Source: Psilocybe cubensis (Eukaryota). From it: a DNA stretch of 64,000 nucleotides. This document shows, piece after piece, positions 1 through 13,181 of this stretch. Numbering within the stretch: the stretch's first letter is position 1; each line of letters opens with the position of its first letter. The notes beneath the pieces are model-generated. The model made no database searches. It was not told where the DNA came from and was given only the letters and a program-made list of their open reading frames with translations. Position numbers and translations under genes: made by a program. The DNA is taken from the NCBI GenBank assembly GCA_017499595.2, contig CM039000.1, positions 1,736,001 through 1,800,000 on the forward strand, read 5' to 3'.

Positions 1-463
1 TTCTTATCAATCTCGTCCATCTAACTTAAACCCGATTCCTTTGTCGTCAACTTCTACTGCGAGCCCTCTATCCAGACGTCAAGAAAGAATGGCCCCAGAT
101 GTGCAAAAATCCGTCAATACTGGCTCGCAGGCACGAATGTCTTATTCCCAAAACCTCCTGCCCACTCCTCCTAGAGTAACCCCACAGGCGCTTTCACAAC
201 CTCTGCAACCGACATACTCCGCCCCCAACTATAATATCTATGCATCCCCTGCGGGTACAGCTACTAGTGGCTCAGCTTTCGCTCCAACGATTAATGCATC
301 CTTGCCTTTGATGCCACAGCAATCAAGCATGGCTTCGCTTACACAACCGATTCAACCTCAAATGGGTGGTCTACTGACACCATCAAGACCAGTTCAATCA
401 TCAACAGGGACATCCAATGTGCTTTCGAAAGATGACTGGGGGGATTTCGACCCGTTATCATAG
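1..463 (+). CDS. 3' end of a probable SCY1-like (SCYL2-type) pseudokinase; low-complexity tail, 5' part outside the window
   Basis: S/P/Q-rich open frame ending LSKDDWGDFDPLS*, resembling fungal SCY1 C-termini from memory. No kinase domain is visible in the window. Confidence 0.5.
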   Translation, partial: SYQSRPSNLNPIPLSSTSTASPLSRRQERMAPDVQKSVNTGSQARMSYSQNLLPTPPRVTPQALSQPLQPTYSAPNYNIYASPAGTATSGSAFAPTINASLPLMPQQSSMASLTQPIQPQMGGLLTPSRPVQSSTGTSNVLSKDDWGDFDPLS

Positions 464-554
464 CAAAATTCTGATCATAATAGTCTAATATTGAATGTAT
501 ACCTCTTGACATTGGTTTAAATAAACCCAAGATCCCTATTTGCTGATTACTTAG

Positions 555-3500
555 CTAGGTCCTAGGTGTATCATCTTTACAATCAATCTGCGTCCCCGTT
601 AAGTAGTCAAGAATAATCTTAGCACCAGACTTTGAAGATATCAAGTTTGCATCCTTGCAGGCTTGACTTTGCACGCCTTTTTGTTCGCCATTAGAGTGTG
701 TTGTTAAATATGTATGGTTTAACGCACACAAAGAACATCCATCAACACATTTACAGTTGCTGACGATTAACCGAGCTCGGTCAAAAAGAACCTGCACTAA
801 TTATTTGTTGAAAGCGATTCCGAAGACATTCGTATATCATAACACAAAACCACTCACCGTTGTCAAATGCTCGAGAAATTACACCGCCCGTTTTTCCAAC
901 AGCATCGTAGAATACTAATCTATATACCAAACTTAAATATGCGCAACCATATTTTGAACTTTAGTACCTGGGGGCCCGTTTAGCTGAGGTATTACCATCG
1001 GCGTATCCTTCCTTTGCGACCCTGCAATCGGTTTTAACGTCTTGGGATAAGGCGTACTGGTTAAGGACAGCGTGTTCGGCAGCGTGTATGGCGGCCGCTC
1101 CGTCGATTTCCTCGGCGTATAGTCGTTCCAATATGACATTGGGCAGGTCGATCCAGAACCCAATAGTTTCTCGTTCCCAGGGTGGAGTAATCAGTTCAAC
1201 CGCGTCTAATATGTTGCTGCCTCTAATAAAGAGCGTTAAGAGCACAAAGTAACCATCATAGGTTGATTAGACTAACCTAATCTTGAAGAAACCTTTTCCA
1301 GGTGGGTCAATACAATTTGAGATGATGCTAGAAGGCCTTCACGCACCGAAGACTTTGACGCAGACATTTAACCCTGGTAAAGTCGATGATAAACCACCGA
1401 GGATGTAGAATGATAGAAACATACTTCCGAATTCAACGACAGTATTTTCGAATTTTAGCGCGCGAAAAGTTTGAAGAGGTAAGATCCGACTATGACCATG
1501 TGGTATCAGCCAGCTGGAACCCCTGGGACCCGAGAAAAAATATCCTACGTTACATCCCTGCAAGAAATTTGATAACCAGGTAAGAATTATACCGTAATGA
1601 TAACACTGGTGTCGGATTTATACCTTGGAGATGTTATATAGTTGACGTCCGCTCGAACGACTTTGGCCACTTTGGAATCATGGCTGACCTCTTTGACCTA
1701 CAAGGTGATCAAGGTTTCAGCGTAATCCGTACTAGTCCGACCACTCACTATGAAAGTTTCTCCTTGATGCATAAACTGTACCAAATTTTCTAAGTCAATC
1801 AACCAGCTTCCAGAAGAAACATACCACGCCTCCTTCATATAGCTCAAAAAGGGCTCTCGAAAATTCTACTTCCTCCAACTTGTTCAAACTTGTGCTGTTG
1901 GTCATATCCACGACCATGTATGTTTCTTCCTGGGTCCCGCCTAGTGTTTGAATGCTTAGCATAAAGAATTATTCCAAGGATCGCAACTCACGTATAGCAA
2001 CGTGTCTGGAAGGGAAAGGCAAGAATTTGGGATCTGGATGATACCTACAAAAAAGTCGGAAGTCTGCCTTCATAGCAAGCCAAACTTAAGGTTGCAAAAT
2101 TTTCTTACCATCCATCATCATCTTTTAGTAGCTTCCGTTTACAGATGCTCATGCACATAGAGCCAAACCACTTTTCATCTACTTTGGCGATAGGCATTTC
2201 GTAGGAAGCACACTGTAAATGAGCTATTGAATTGTTAACAGTCGCATGTGACCATAAATCGAGAAAGAGTATGCACCCTCTAATATCAATTCATTTTCCA
2301 TGTCAATTATCAGATCATCCAACGAATCCTCAAATAAACCCAAAGGTTGATTCACGAAATGTTGATCGATAGGGAAAGGATCCGCGACCATGATGGCGAG
2401 CGAATCTTGAGAGCGTCGACCTGCCCGACCTGCTTGTTGTCTCTATAGAAATAACATCACTATATGTGACAACGCTGCTCCGACTAAACTCACAAAATTT
2501 GAAATCGTCATAGGGAATCCAAGCATAATGACTGCATCCAAAGCCCCAATGTCAATACCAAGTTCCAAAGCATTTGTAGCGATGATGCCTAATAACTGGC
2601 CAGAGAATGCCTCATGTTCAATTTGTCGACGATCCTTGTTCAACATTAGTATTCAACAAGCTATAGTCCATACAATTAATGCAAACTTCACGAGAATATC
2701 CTTGAGACAATTAAACCTTGTTAGGACTGTAGCGTTTAGTCAAGCTGCTTTACCTACCTCCTCTGTAAGCTCTAACCTTTTCCACAATATCCATGCGACC
2801 TTCGTTGCTAAGATCCGCTTTGAGAGTCTTCATGGCCTGTTGTATATCGTATTTGACGACTACCCGACACAGAGATACGATCTCACTCACCAGTTCACAG
2901 ACTTTGCGTATCTAGACGGCGCAAGTAAAAGGTCATATACTTAGAGGCATGCTCTGTTTGACGGTAAAAAGTGTAATACCTTGCAAAAGAGTATAACCCG
3001 CAGGCCGCTCTTCATTAGTGTTCTCATTAACTTTGACGCTTCTGATAACGATGATCGTCGTCCCAAGGACGGATCCATTTCATCTATCAATGGAGGGTTC
3101 CAGAGAATATATTCTTTGCTACCAGACGGTGCACCGTCGTTGGATATGACTTCCAATGAGGCACTCTCGATGGCGAATAATTTTGACATGTATTCTGCTG
3201 GATTGGCGAGCGTTGCACTGCATGACACAAGTCGTATTCGTTTGTCTGGAATTCAATTTAAGGGTTGCATTGAAAAGGCGACAAGGCAAAAATCTATACA
3301 TACTGCCAACCGCTTCGCAAACTCTTCTAAACCGTCGTAAGATATAAGCCACATGACTGATAATGATTCAATAATCGACGGGGATATGTAACATCGTTTG
3401 CAAATTACCTTCCAAGTAGGCCAGTGTAATAGTGAAGCTCATCCACAGCTAGCAACTACCATGAATAAAAAAAAGCCTGTAAGATTTTGGGTTGATTTAT

Positions 3501-5593
3501 TAAGATTGGATACTACCTTCAATCTCTTCAAGAAACTTGTTCAGTGTAAAATTAACATATATGCACGGCTTGAGAGGGAGATACCTTCGCCATTTTTCTT
3601 CGTTAGGAAGAATTGATGCGTGCAAAGTGTCCTGTTTGATGATTGGAGTAAAATTAAATAGAGGGTGACAATGTGAGAAAGATTGCATACAAAATTTGTG
3701 ATAATAACAGAAGCAGTGTCTCGAATTTCTGGTGGATGTGTAATGAAAATTAAAATGTATATCATAATTATAGAGGCACACCTGTTCTATCCTCTTGAGA
3801 CGTGTCGCCATCATAGGTTGCTACCTGAATGACGTTAAATCCGGGAATCGACCTTCCAAAAAGTCTTGACTTCACCTTCACATGCTCTAGCCCCGGGCAA
3901 ATCTGGAGCAACTGAGATAAAGACTCCTTCTGATCTTGAGCTAACGCCTGATAATATAGTGTCAGGACGACTCGAGAACTATATTGAAGGATTTATTTTT
4001 TGCCTTGGTGGGGAAAACTAGCATAGCTGTTGAGTGACTGTCTTCATTGAGGCAAACCAGCAATGGAATCTAGGAAAAGTTAAATTTTTTATATACACCA
4101 TTAAAAAGGGTTTACCTGATAAATAACACTTTTTCCAGACGCAGTACTTGTGGATACGACAACGTGTTTTCCCCTTCTGATCGCGTCAATAGCAGCGACT
4201 TGGTGTGAATACAGCGTTGTAATGTTTCGAGAGTATAAAACAGCATTTGTAATTTTATCAGAGATAGGAGGGTTGAGATAACCTATGCACGACTCATTAG
4301 CATGCTCATTACAAATCAAAACCAAATAGATGGGTTCTACCGGTTTGAGCTGCCTTTGCCTCTACTAGTCGTCGATAGATGATTTGGTCTTTATACCATG
4401 GAGATGCCATTATGTCTGATATGACTTGGTTGATACTTGGACGCAATGTTGGCATTTCCTTCAGGTCTTTATCGTCACCCACCGAATGGTTTACAGGAAC
4501 GAAACTACGGCCAGCCGCGATCAACAGGTTTACAGGGTCGTCATGTCTTGATGATGCGATGATAAGTCTGGATGGGATCATTTGCATAAACATAAGTGCG
4601 GTGTAAAACCTCTGGGCATACTCATGTACAGCCATTTCAAACCGCTCATTACGAGCTTCAATTATCTTCTTTACCGCTGCAGGTGAGAGTGAGGCCCTGG
4701 TGTTCAATGAAGTCGTCAGCAATGGAAAATCAAGAGTACAGACCGTTTGAATGAACAGAACCCGAAGGATCTCTTTTTACATTCGACCTATCTTCGAATT
4801 CCAAGACAAGGACATGGCCTTGTGAGGAATTAATGGATGAAGCTGCTTCAGAATTACTGATAGAACGAGAGGCTTTACTACTATTTTCATCGAATGTAAG
4901 ATCACTTATTGGAACGTATGAAAATTTCAGAAGATCTGGAAGTAACGCTCTGACAAATATAAGCAACGTGCGATATTCAAAGTCACATTCGGAAATTACA
5001 CATACTTAATTTCAGAAACCTTGCCAATTTCTAATGGCCTTGTAGGGATGTGTCAATCAAACTAAAGTTGGAGCTCTTGAATATATCATTACCTTTTAAT
5101 TATACTCTCGACAGAAGTGCGAACAGCAGAGAAACTTGTCGCTAACTGTCGTTTAGACGAAACGAAGGCAAGGACGACATTGATAGCCTATTTGAAGAGA
5201 TTATGTTGATACTTTTCGAACCTTTTTAGAACAATAATTAACTTACTTTAAAAATCTAAACGCGAGACTTTAGATTATGTAGTAACACAAGGCATCCAGT
5301 AATCTTTTCTACCTTATAAAGCTACAGACAGAGGAGTCGATAATCGTTGACGTTGACTCGATGCGGTAAATATCATGATTGATACATACTGTTTGAAAAT
5401 AATCAGGCCATTCGTGAACTGGTGTAATTTCTTCTGCTTTAGATTCACTTGATTTCGTTGTAGTACGACGCGACTTCTTCGAAGGCGGTCGCCGGATGTT
5501 GACTGTGTTATTTTCACGGGCGAAACTTGATTCATCACTGGCAGGATAAGTCTCTTCTGGCGATGATTGTGATAATTTCCCTTTGCGTTTCAT
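555..5593 (-). CDS. HRQ1: Hrq1/RECQL4-family DEAH helicase with C-terminal Zn-binding (DUF1998/MZB) domain; many introns
   Basis: Motifs LYSHQ, STSTASGKS (Walker A), FPTK|ALAQDQ, VDELH, SATLANP, ATNALELGIDIG, QQAGRAGRR, HAAEHA and CKCVDGCSLC. Confidence 0.93.
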
Positions 5594-6146
5594 AGTGGTT
5601 CATTGCCAACGGAGATCGTGTAATAAGAAACGATATTTGCGACAGAGAATATTGCAGGTAAGAGTAAGACTTTAAGCTACTCGTTTGGTTCTAGTTGGCA
5701 ACACAGCCACTCCGTTGACGTCAACCAAACTTGAGATGTTATCCCCAATAGAGGCCAGACTATTGAGGGGACGTGGCGACCTCGTAGCGCAGGGGAAATT
5801 AGCCAAAGAAGGACTATATATAAACACATTCACAGGGAGCGAGTATTAGATAGATTAAATGTATATAGCCAAGGTGGGCTCCACCCCTCAAGCCTATAAA
5901 GCAACGTGAAAATGTCTACCAAAGTTATCGCTAATGAGCATTGAGCAACGGGAATGTGCGTTCGCCAACAGATGTATGACTTGTATGTCACAATCTAGGT
6001 TGCCCACTTGCATGGCATCGGATTCCCGTGCAATCGAATGGCGATCAAAGGCCCCTGCTAGCAAGAATACACCCACTAGATAGACAGGAAGCCTTTCTTT
6101 ATACTGAATTCTAACAGTGACATTTGTTGAGAAGAGCGGAATATCA

Positions 6147-6718
6147 TTAGGTTTGCCCTGTCCCAATGAGCAATCCAATTCGAGTGTCGAATCCTTCACT
6201 TCTGATTGGCATTTCCGGGGTATGGAACGGGTTCTTCATCACTGCATCTGCATAGATGTCATAGACTTTTTGCAATATAGAATCCGCATTAGTATCCGCC
6301 AGTGAAGTTAGCAATACAAATTTGGTTCCTTGTAAAGAGAATATCAAAGGGAAACTTTAACGGGTGCTTAACGGGTGTACTAGAGAAAACTTACCGGTCA
6401 CTGTCAATAGAACGTTCAACTTGAACGTCTCTGCTTCAATTACTTGGACACCTGAGCTTGAGCCCATAGGGGATAGACGACTCGTGATAGCGTGAATACC
6501 GTGAAGAGTTCCAGCAAGAACTAAGTATTCATTAGAGGTAAGGGGTGCAAGTCCATCTGGAAGATCATCAGACATTGTTTAAAGCAGCCATTCAAGTAGA
6601 AGACCTGCGAAATTGCGTTGGTACACGAGCCCTCCTGCTTTATTGATTACCTGCAGAGATAAGGCTGGTGTCGATGTATGATCAATATAGGACATACCCA
6701 AAGACTAAAAACGACCAT
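6147..6718 (-). CDS. TRS23: TRAPP complex subunit Trs23/TRAPPC4 (sybindin family)
   Basis: Spliced [52 protein letters not shown]. Confidence 0.93.
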
Positions 6719-6977
6719 ATTGAGAACAAAGGCGAGCTATTTAGTAGTCGTTGTTAGCTGTTAGCTTCAAGAACTGACTCCCGGTAGTGGGCACTTGTCA
6801 GGGAGAATGGTCAACGGTGCTGTGAGAGGTTATATAATAGGCATGAAGGAAGCAAACAAATGACAGCGGACCAGCGAACGGTTTGCCAGCGCAACCTTGA
6901 CCAAACAGTATTACGCTTGCGACCCTTGTCCCGAAAGTTGTTTCCTCACTTCTTGCCTCTAATTCCTTCATTGTTTC

Positions 6978-8471
<1,494 letters not shown>

Positions 8472-8808
8472 TCGTGAGGTCTAGTTGCGTTTATGTATTT
8501 ATATTTGTACTATTGTCGTCATACCAATGATCAGGCAGAGCTCGCGTTGCATGGGTGTTGTAAGCCAGGCTGGACTGCCTATGAGAATGCTAGTATCCGT
8601 GCTTAAATGGGGTCCTTATTGTTCTGATGACCTAATGATTCTATTTCTGTCATTCATACCTAACTTGAGGGCCGGTCTATACGCGTGTTTCGGGTAAATT
8701 TCAATTACCTATGCTTCCGTTTACATTTAAACAATCGGTGGTTATTTTCTTTCCTTGTCGCACTTCATACTGTCTTGCTCTATTGGATCCCCATTTCTCT
8801 CCACACCA

Positions 8809-10026
8809 TGCCAAAACGACAGCGATATTATTCCATTTTTTCGCCCCCGAGTCTTTCTATGTCAGAGCTTGTAAAGACTACCCTTGATCACGAGTCCACG
8901 GATAGGCTCATTGAAAAGTGGCTGGAACATCACAATGCAGGCCATGACGCCTACAATGAATGGTTTAGGGATGTTCGTGAGCGGAAACACGAACATTTTG
9001 GAAAGCAAATTATTGCGTGGAACAAAGGAGCTTTTGCACCGGAGAATGTATTCTGTCGAACCGTCGACACTGGTCGTTTGATTCCTCTAGATCGCACCTG
9101 GACAACCCATGTTTTTCATCATCATTCAATGCAAGAGAGGAAGAGGTCAATGATGCCAGTTGTTCTTACAATGGTGAGCTATTTGGCACATGTGTTCAAC
9201 TATTCCTCAACTTCACGTTTTCTGCATTCAGTTGCCAGAACTCATGCTTCTTCGTGGCATGCACGACCGCGGCTGCGATGAAATCTACATCATTGTCACT
9301 GATCTCAAAAGACAAGAAATGGATGATGTAACTGAGTACTTCAAACTTGTTTGCAAGCACTGTTTCGGACAACCTTGTAAACCTACAATGGAGAAACGGA
9401 TATTATACGAACGTATGTCGAGAACATTATGCCTTTGCAGATGTTAGCTAATAACAATTGTCTATACCCCAGATATGCGGTTAAGCCATACATTGCTCCG
9501 ACAACGAAGGACCCCATGTTTTCCCCAGATCGATCTTGCCGTTCGGGCTATCCTATATGAAAAACAACCACGATTCCTTGTACTCTTCTCCTATCAAACA
9601 ACGTCATATTCTCAGATCTTTTTCACCGACCCAGTGTTCGTACCCGACGAAGACCTATTCCATGACTATCCGACAGGTTGTCCGACATGTTGCACCGATG
9701 ACTGTGAAATGATTCGGTTCCCCAGACGAGGGCTTGAAACTGCATCTGTGCTCAAAATCAAAACGAAGACGAAGCGCAAAAGGGTAAAACCACGGGATAT
9801 GTGTAATTGGATTGACTGTGATGTATCATTCGGAGTCGTTCCTCGGCATCGAAAAAGTACCAGCGAGAGCTCTGAATGCTCGAACGTCTGCGATGAACAG
9901 CATCCACAGGAGAAAACAATGATTTTAGGACAAGTGTGTAGCAAGTGCAAACTTGTTAAATATTGCTCGCCAGAGCACCAACGGAACGACTGGGACGAGC
10001 ACAAACGCGTTTGTGTTAAAGCATAG
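8809..10026 (+). CDS. MYND zinc-finger protein with uncharacterised N-terminal domain
   Basis: C-terminal CNWIDC...CSKCKLVKYCSPEHQRNDWDEHKRVC; two GT-AG introns. Confidence 0.8.
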
Positions 10027-10408
10027 GCTTTTATTTTGCATGTTTCATCTTCACGACTTTACGCATTCGACTTTTCCGTTTCCCTTTGGCATAAAGCATC
10101 ATTTTTTAACCTCACGGCAGGCTGTTGTATTCAACACTATGCGATGCTTTTAGGACATAATTGTGGATATTTTGGACTTTCAGGAATTTCTCTCTACTTG
10201 ATGTATTATTCTCGACAATGTACCGATGATTTAGGGAATGCGTATGTAAATCTATTTTGGGCAGCTATGTAATATGACGTCATTATGTCGGTCTCGCAAG
10301 TCTCTCGTGTGAAAGTCGTCTTGGACTCTCAGGTTTATAATTACTTGAACCTATCTTTCCATTGAAACAACATAATTCTAGAGCACCAAGGGATCTTTGG
10401 AAGTTTAT

Positions 10409-11593
10409 ATGATGCGCTATCTATCTTCCAAAATCGCACAACAAGTGAGTCCTTCTTTTTTAAGTAGAACTGATGCGACGTGACGATGACTCGGATACCC
10501 TCGGCCTGATTTCGCACAGATTGATGAAGAACTGATGAGCTCAGTGGGAGCATTCAGTTTAGACCAAGTAATTCCTCACCTACGAGATTATGTTTTCCGC
10601 TCTTGACTCGGAACATTACAATTTTTGCAGTTGATGGAGCTGGCTGGCCTGGCGTGCGCTCAAACCCTTGCAACAGTTTATCGCAAAGATGTCTTTCCTA
10701 AAGTATTGGTATGCTGCGGTCCAGGAAATCAAGGTTGGTGCTTTGGAGGGTTAGAAAGAATTGTGTCCTCACAATGGTGTCCGATGTATCTGGTAACCTT
10801 TAGGAGGAGACGGACTTGTTGCGGCTCGCCATCTCAGTGAGAATTATTATTCGTAGGCAAAACAGCCCTGTTGAAACAGTTCCAACTTAATCTAGGTATG
10901 TTTGGGTACCAGCCGACCATTTACATGCCCAAGGTAAATTCAATTTTATCTATGTTTTCGCCGGAACTTAGAAATTGTTTACAGCCAGGCTCAAAGGACA
11001 TCTACCAAGTTAGTCTTGTTTTCTTCGACGATCCAGCTACTTATCATTTATTGAAATTCAAACAAGCGCCTTGCAAAACAATGCGAAAATATGAAAATCC
11101 CAATTATTCCACATGGTCTAAATGACGTAGAATTGCTTCGTCAAGCACTCCTTCGACCGAACACCGATGTTATTCTAGATGCTATCTTTGGATTTTCTTT
11201 TAAACCTCCTGTTCGAGCCCCTTTCGACGCTGTACTTCCACTGATCAACGATTCTCGCTTGCCAATTGTCTCTGTTGACATTCCTTCCGGATGGGACGTT
11301 GAAAAAGGCAACAACCATAAGATTGGTCTCCGTCCTGATGTATTGATCAGCCTGACGGCACCGAAGGAAGGGGTCAAAGATTTTGTCGGCAGACATTTCT
11401 TGGGAGGAAGATTTGTACCCAGGTAATGTCAAGACAATTGCTCTTGAACTGCGCTGAACTCATCGGTCACAGATTTATTGAGAGCAAATACGATCTGAAC
11501 CTTCCTGTTTATCCTGGTTTCGACCAGATTGTAGAGTTGATCTCAGAGAAGAATAGTCATTCACAGGATACGCAAGAAACAGAAGACAAGTAG
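10409..11593 (+). CDS. NNR1: NAD(P)H-hydrate epimerase (YjeF_N family)
   Basis: QLMELAGLACA, CGPGNQG|GDGLVAARHL, DAIFGFSF, SVDIPSGWDV, SLTAPK, HFLGGRFVP. Confidence 0.93.
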
Positions 11594-11750
11594 AAACCCT
11601 TTTGTTTACACAGGATTTAATTAAACTATGGGTGGGGTGGCCCCTCTTAGCTTCAAGAATAATTTTCCTTTTCCTACAGAGCCTGAAGAAAAAAAAATAA
11701 AACTAAACACAAGTTTAATTATGTACAGAGCTATGTTTTCAAATTTAAGT

Positions 11751-12845
11751 CTACACCCGTAATAAATCCTTCATTCGTTCGATAAGTTTCGTTGCATCAG
11801 TAGCATCCTTTCCAAAGTCCTAAAAATTTAGATCGTGTGTGAAGAACAAGGATGTTGTTCTTACTCTTTCAGCCTTTTTCATTTGCTCAAGTTGATGTCT
11901 CGCAGTCCTCGAAGCATTATTGAGAGCCTCTTGACGAGATTGTTCGTTAGTTCTGACTAAAATATGTTTTGAGTAGCAAGAAATTAAGAGCGAGTTTAAC
12001 GCCTGGTTTTATACCGAACGTACGCAAGGTACTGGCTGAATTGATTCTCTCCGAACGCGAAGTTCCCGTGTCGAGTAGAAATGAAGAGTAAATTCCACAA
12101 AGCTCCTCAAAGGCTTTCTGCGCAGGTAAATGATAGTAGCAGTTAGTAACATTATCGTCGAATAATATTGTAAGCAAGTGTCCACCTTCTGAGTGGTCGC
12201 AGGTAAATGAATGTCTTCATAGTACTTTTTTATCTCCACTTCGCCTCTCTGTAGATCGACTAATTGTATTTGAAACCCTGTTCTGGATTTTTTCAAAACA
12301 ACTGGAAGGTGAGAACAAAAAGGGCGGCGTCGAGAAGGCGCATACAAAAGGTCTATTCCGGTCTGTACAGCCATTTTGGTACTCTTGCGGGCTTCGACAT
12401 ATAATGCGTTCTTTTGAGACAGGAACACAGACGAGTGCGAGGCGAATGATTTTTTAGACTTGTGCTCTGTTCAACACTAAGAAGGTGATAGTGTATTGAA
12501 TGAGTGTTTGATTTTATACCAAATTGCCGAAACATGGTGGCGAGCATATATGCACTACATAAAATCAGCATTTGACCGTAGACGTTTGAGGCTGAGTGCA
12601 CCTATTGTCATCGTCTTGATCCACACCCTCATTGCCAGATCCATCTTGAGACGGACTAGAGTAAGAGGTCGTGTTCTGAGTTGTCTTTCTTGACTCCCTC
12701 GCACTGGCTTTGTTTGGAACTTTATGAGTTCTAGATTTGTTATGCCGGATTTGGTCGGTAGGCAGATTGCACCCTCCACTTTACAAAGGGCACTCGACGT
12801 GTCGAGCTAACAATTGGCTAACATACCTGTAACATGCTTCGGCAT
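11751..12845 (-). CDS. Uncharacterised ~250 aa protein: disordered N-terminus then long predicted helical/coiled-coil region
   Basis: Successive ~45-75 nt GT-AG introns join a continuous frame: DDDNSAYMLATMFRQFEHKSKK...QKNALYVEARK...ARHQLEQMKKAER|DFGKDATDATKLIERMKDLLRV*. The first-exon junction is uncertain. Confidence 0.65.
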
Positions 12846-13181
12846 TTTGACCGCTGTAAAGAAAATCAAATATTTGACAATAGAAATTCGGATTGAAGGT
12901 CCAAGTTATTACTTTGAGTAATGAGAAAATAAAAAAGGGAGTAGCTTGACGAATTGGCCAAGGTCAAGTGTAAACGTAAACTGGTGTAAACAGTGTGTAA
13001 ACTGAGGCGAGAGCGGTTTAATAGAGATAAGCAACCCATAACATTAACAAAGACCAAACAACGGCCATCAAATAGTAACTTACATACCTCCGGTTATTAA
13101 TAAGACATCTCACCCGCGTCACTAGGTTCAGAGGGCTTTAACTTGGATTTGCGTTGAGGGATCTACACAAGTTCTCTTCCA

